IMG/VR virus record: IMGVR_UViG_3300011444_000018
Coordinates: 1-35,903 of that record
Direction: 5' to 3' (one strand)
Source of the DNA: a virus
Lineage: Duplodnaviria > Caudoviricetes
Length of the DNA stretch: 35,903 nt
Shown: one piece after another, positions 34,159 through 35,903 of the stretch
How positions within the stretch are numbered: position 1 is the first letter of the stretch
Layout: the number at the start of each line of letters is the position of its first letter
Notes under the pieces: model-generated
Databases searched by the model: none
The model's input: the letters and a program-made list of their open reading frames with translations, nothing else
What the model was told of the DNA's origin: nothing
Program-made: the position numbers and the translations under genes

Positions 34159-35667
34159 TTATTTATCCTTTTTGCAGAGCAAAATTAATGTTTCAATTGT
34201 GGCCACGCGAGCCGGGCCGGAAAATCTGTCCGAGGTCGTTCGTCGCATTTCCAGGTACGTGCGAATACTATCCGCGTCCGCGCCCGTGAGGTCTTCGAGA
34301 TACCCGCCGAAATGCGTGTAAAAGACATCCGCATCCTGCCCCTTCGATAGCGCCTTGCGTTCCTTCTCCCATACATGAGACGCAACTCTTTCCGCGAGCG
34401 CTGATTCGTCGGTGGGCTTGGCCCCGGCCGCCGCATTCGCCTGTCCGCCCGCTCCGGCGCGTTGATCGACGAAGTAATCTAAGCCGGGCGCGTATGGCCA
34501 ACCCTCTTTTCTCCGCGCCTCGGCCGGCTGCAAGAAGCCGGAAGCAATAGCAGTCTCGTATGATGCAAAGCGCGCTGTCGTGTCGCCGCGAAGTAAGGAA
34601 TCGAATTCGTGCTTGAAGAAGTACCGAGATTTTTCCAAACTGCCGGACAGTAGATCCCGGTTTGCCGTCTGCTCGATACGAACGGCCCACGGCATGAGAG
34701 TATGTTTCACGTAAGATTGAAAGAATTGCTCGGCGCTCGCATAGGTGCTGGACTTGCTGTCCTTCCCGGTCGTCCCGGCGAGCACTTCGGGGATACGGAA
34801 TATACGGAAAATCTCTTGAGATTGGAACCCTCTGGACTCCAGGTATTGAGACTCTTGGGCCGTCAACCCTATGCGCTTCGCGTCGAGTCCGTTCTCAAGT
34901 AGGAGTGGAAGAAAGGCGTTACCCGAGCCCGAGTGACGTTGCATAAGGGCCCGGCGCAGTTCGTCTTTATCGTCTATTGAGTCCTTTGCAATAAGCGCAA
35001 AGTCGGTTTGAATCCCATATTTGAAGAGCCGGGCGCCTTGTTCTTCCGCCGCGAGCATCATTCCTATAGCTTCGCGCGCGAGTAAAGTAATTGCCGTGCC
35101 GTCAAGTCCTCCCGTGCCGGATAGAATTGTTCCGCGCCAAACTAGATCCGGAGTAAAGTCGCCGGCGGTACCGGTTAGTGGGTCGGTGAATGTCCATACG
35201 ACCTGTCTGTCTCTGCGGGTAACGTACGCGGCGTTGAGCGGCCACAAGGACGTGAGTGTCCCATCCGAATCTAGGTTTTTAAGAATATAGAAATTGCCCC
35301 ACAAGATAAGGTTAAGAATGATGTGCTCGCGCACTTCCATGCTCGTCATGATGTCATTAGGTGAGACATCGAGAAGAGTGTAAAGATTGTGATTTATGGC
35401 GGGCTCGTCCCCTTGCGGCGTACGCTTGTACAGGCAAAGAGGGAGCGCACTTATATCCTCGCAAAGAATCCGGATGCACGCTAGGACCGCGCTACAGCGG
35501 CGGGCCTTCTCCGGTGTGACAACTTGCCCGGTATGGGTGTGAAGTCCCACTAGAAATTGCTCCATAGACTTAATGTCGTCGATGGAAATACCGGTCGGTG
35601 CGCTCGACTCAAAGTCCGCCGTGATCTTTGGATTACCAATATTCAAGAGGGTAAGATGATTCCGCAT
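34159..35667 (-). CDS. HK97-family portal protein
   Basis: SAVLACI, SALPL, PNDIMT, LWGNFY, IFRIP, L.PWAVRIE, LLRGD. Confidence 0.95.
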   Translation of the reverse strand: MRNHLTLLNIGNPKITADFESSAPTGISIDDIKSMEQFLVGLHTHTGQVVTPEKARRCSAVLACIRILCEDISALPLCLYKRTPQGDEPAINHNLYTLLDVSPNDIMTSMEVREHIILNLILWGNFYILKNLDSDGTLTSLWPLNAAYVTRRDRQVVWTFTDPLTGTAGDFTPDLVWRGTILSGTGGLDGTAITLLAREAIGMMLAAEEQGARLFKYGIQTDFALIAKDSIDDKDELRRALMQRHSGSGNAFLPLLLENGLDAKRIGLTAQESQYLESRGFQSQEIFRIFRIPEVLAGTTGKDSKSSTYASAEQFFQSYVKHTLMPWAVRIEQTANRDLLSGSLEKSRYFFKHEFDSLLRGDTTARFASYETAIASGFLQPAEARRKEGWPYAPGLDYFVDQRAGAGGQANAAAGAKPTDESALAERVASHVWEKERKALSKGQDADVFYTHFGGYLEDLTGADADSIRTYLEMRRTTSDRFSGPARVATIETLILLCKKDK

Positions 35668-35903
35668 TTACTTTTCTCCCCACGGCAACACTAATTGCCC
35701 GCGAATTGCCTCGCAGAGTTCGATGTTGAACTTTTCTCCCGCCGCCGCCGCCGTCGCACGCCGCCCTCTTCGCCCTCGCCTCGAACGCGCGAACTCCGCA
35801 CCCTCGCCGCAATTCAGCCCCAGCCATCCGGCGGAGACCCTCGCCTCCCATCGCGCCACGCTAACGTCCGTCCGCCAGTCCGCCCGCGCCGGCCGCGCCG
35901 CCC

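Noticed and set aside
34151-34161. Extra AGTCCATTTTA operator copy
   Set aside because: It coincides with the protease start codon (ATG GAC), so coding constraint explains it; not counted

Overview
The whole window is a near-complete temperate HK97-like siphophage genome. Phage genes flank the integrase on both sides, so it looks like the excised (attP) form. From left to right it has four parts. (1) A minus-strand block with an HNH nuclease, two holin-like membrane genes, a structured intergenic RNA, an iteron/AT-rich origin and a primase-polymerase/helicase. (2) A plus-strand DNA metabolism operon: SSB-like protein, EndoVII-like nuclease, PD-(D/E)XK nuclease, amino-methyltransferase, metallophosphoesterase, dNMP kinase, a family A DNA polymerase split into two ORFs, a spanin-like protein, a P-loop kinase and an Xis-like HTH. 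(3) A lysogeny/control block with two secreted or membrane morons, a tyrosine integrase, attP-like DNA, an ECF sigma factor and a divergent promoter pair with no recognisable CI/Cro. (4) A minus-strand morphogenesis operon from portal, S49 protease and HK97 capsid through to GTA-like tail tip genes. Terminase and endolysin are not seen, and the last ~165 bp look compositionally foreign. The most interesting signal is a candidate phage-specific transcription programme. It combines a phage ECF sigma factor, a 36-bp motif at the heads of the replication and late-side operons, an operator-like motif at several sigma70 promoters, and a four-hairpin RNA ahead of the lysis/packaging genes. All family calls come from motif recognition by eye; no database searches were run.
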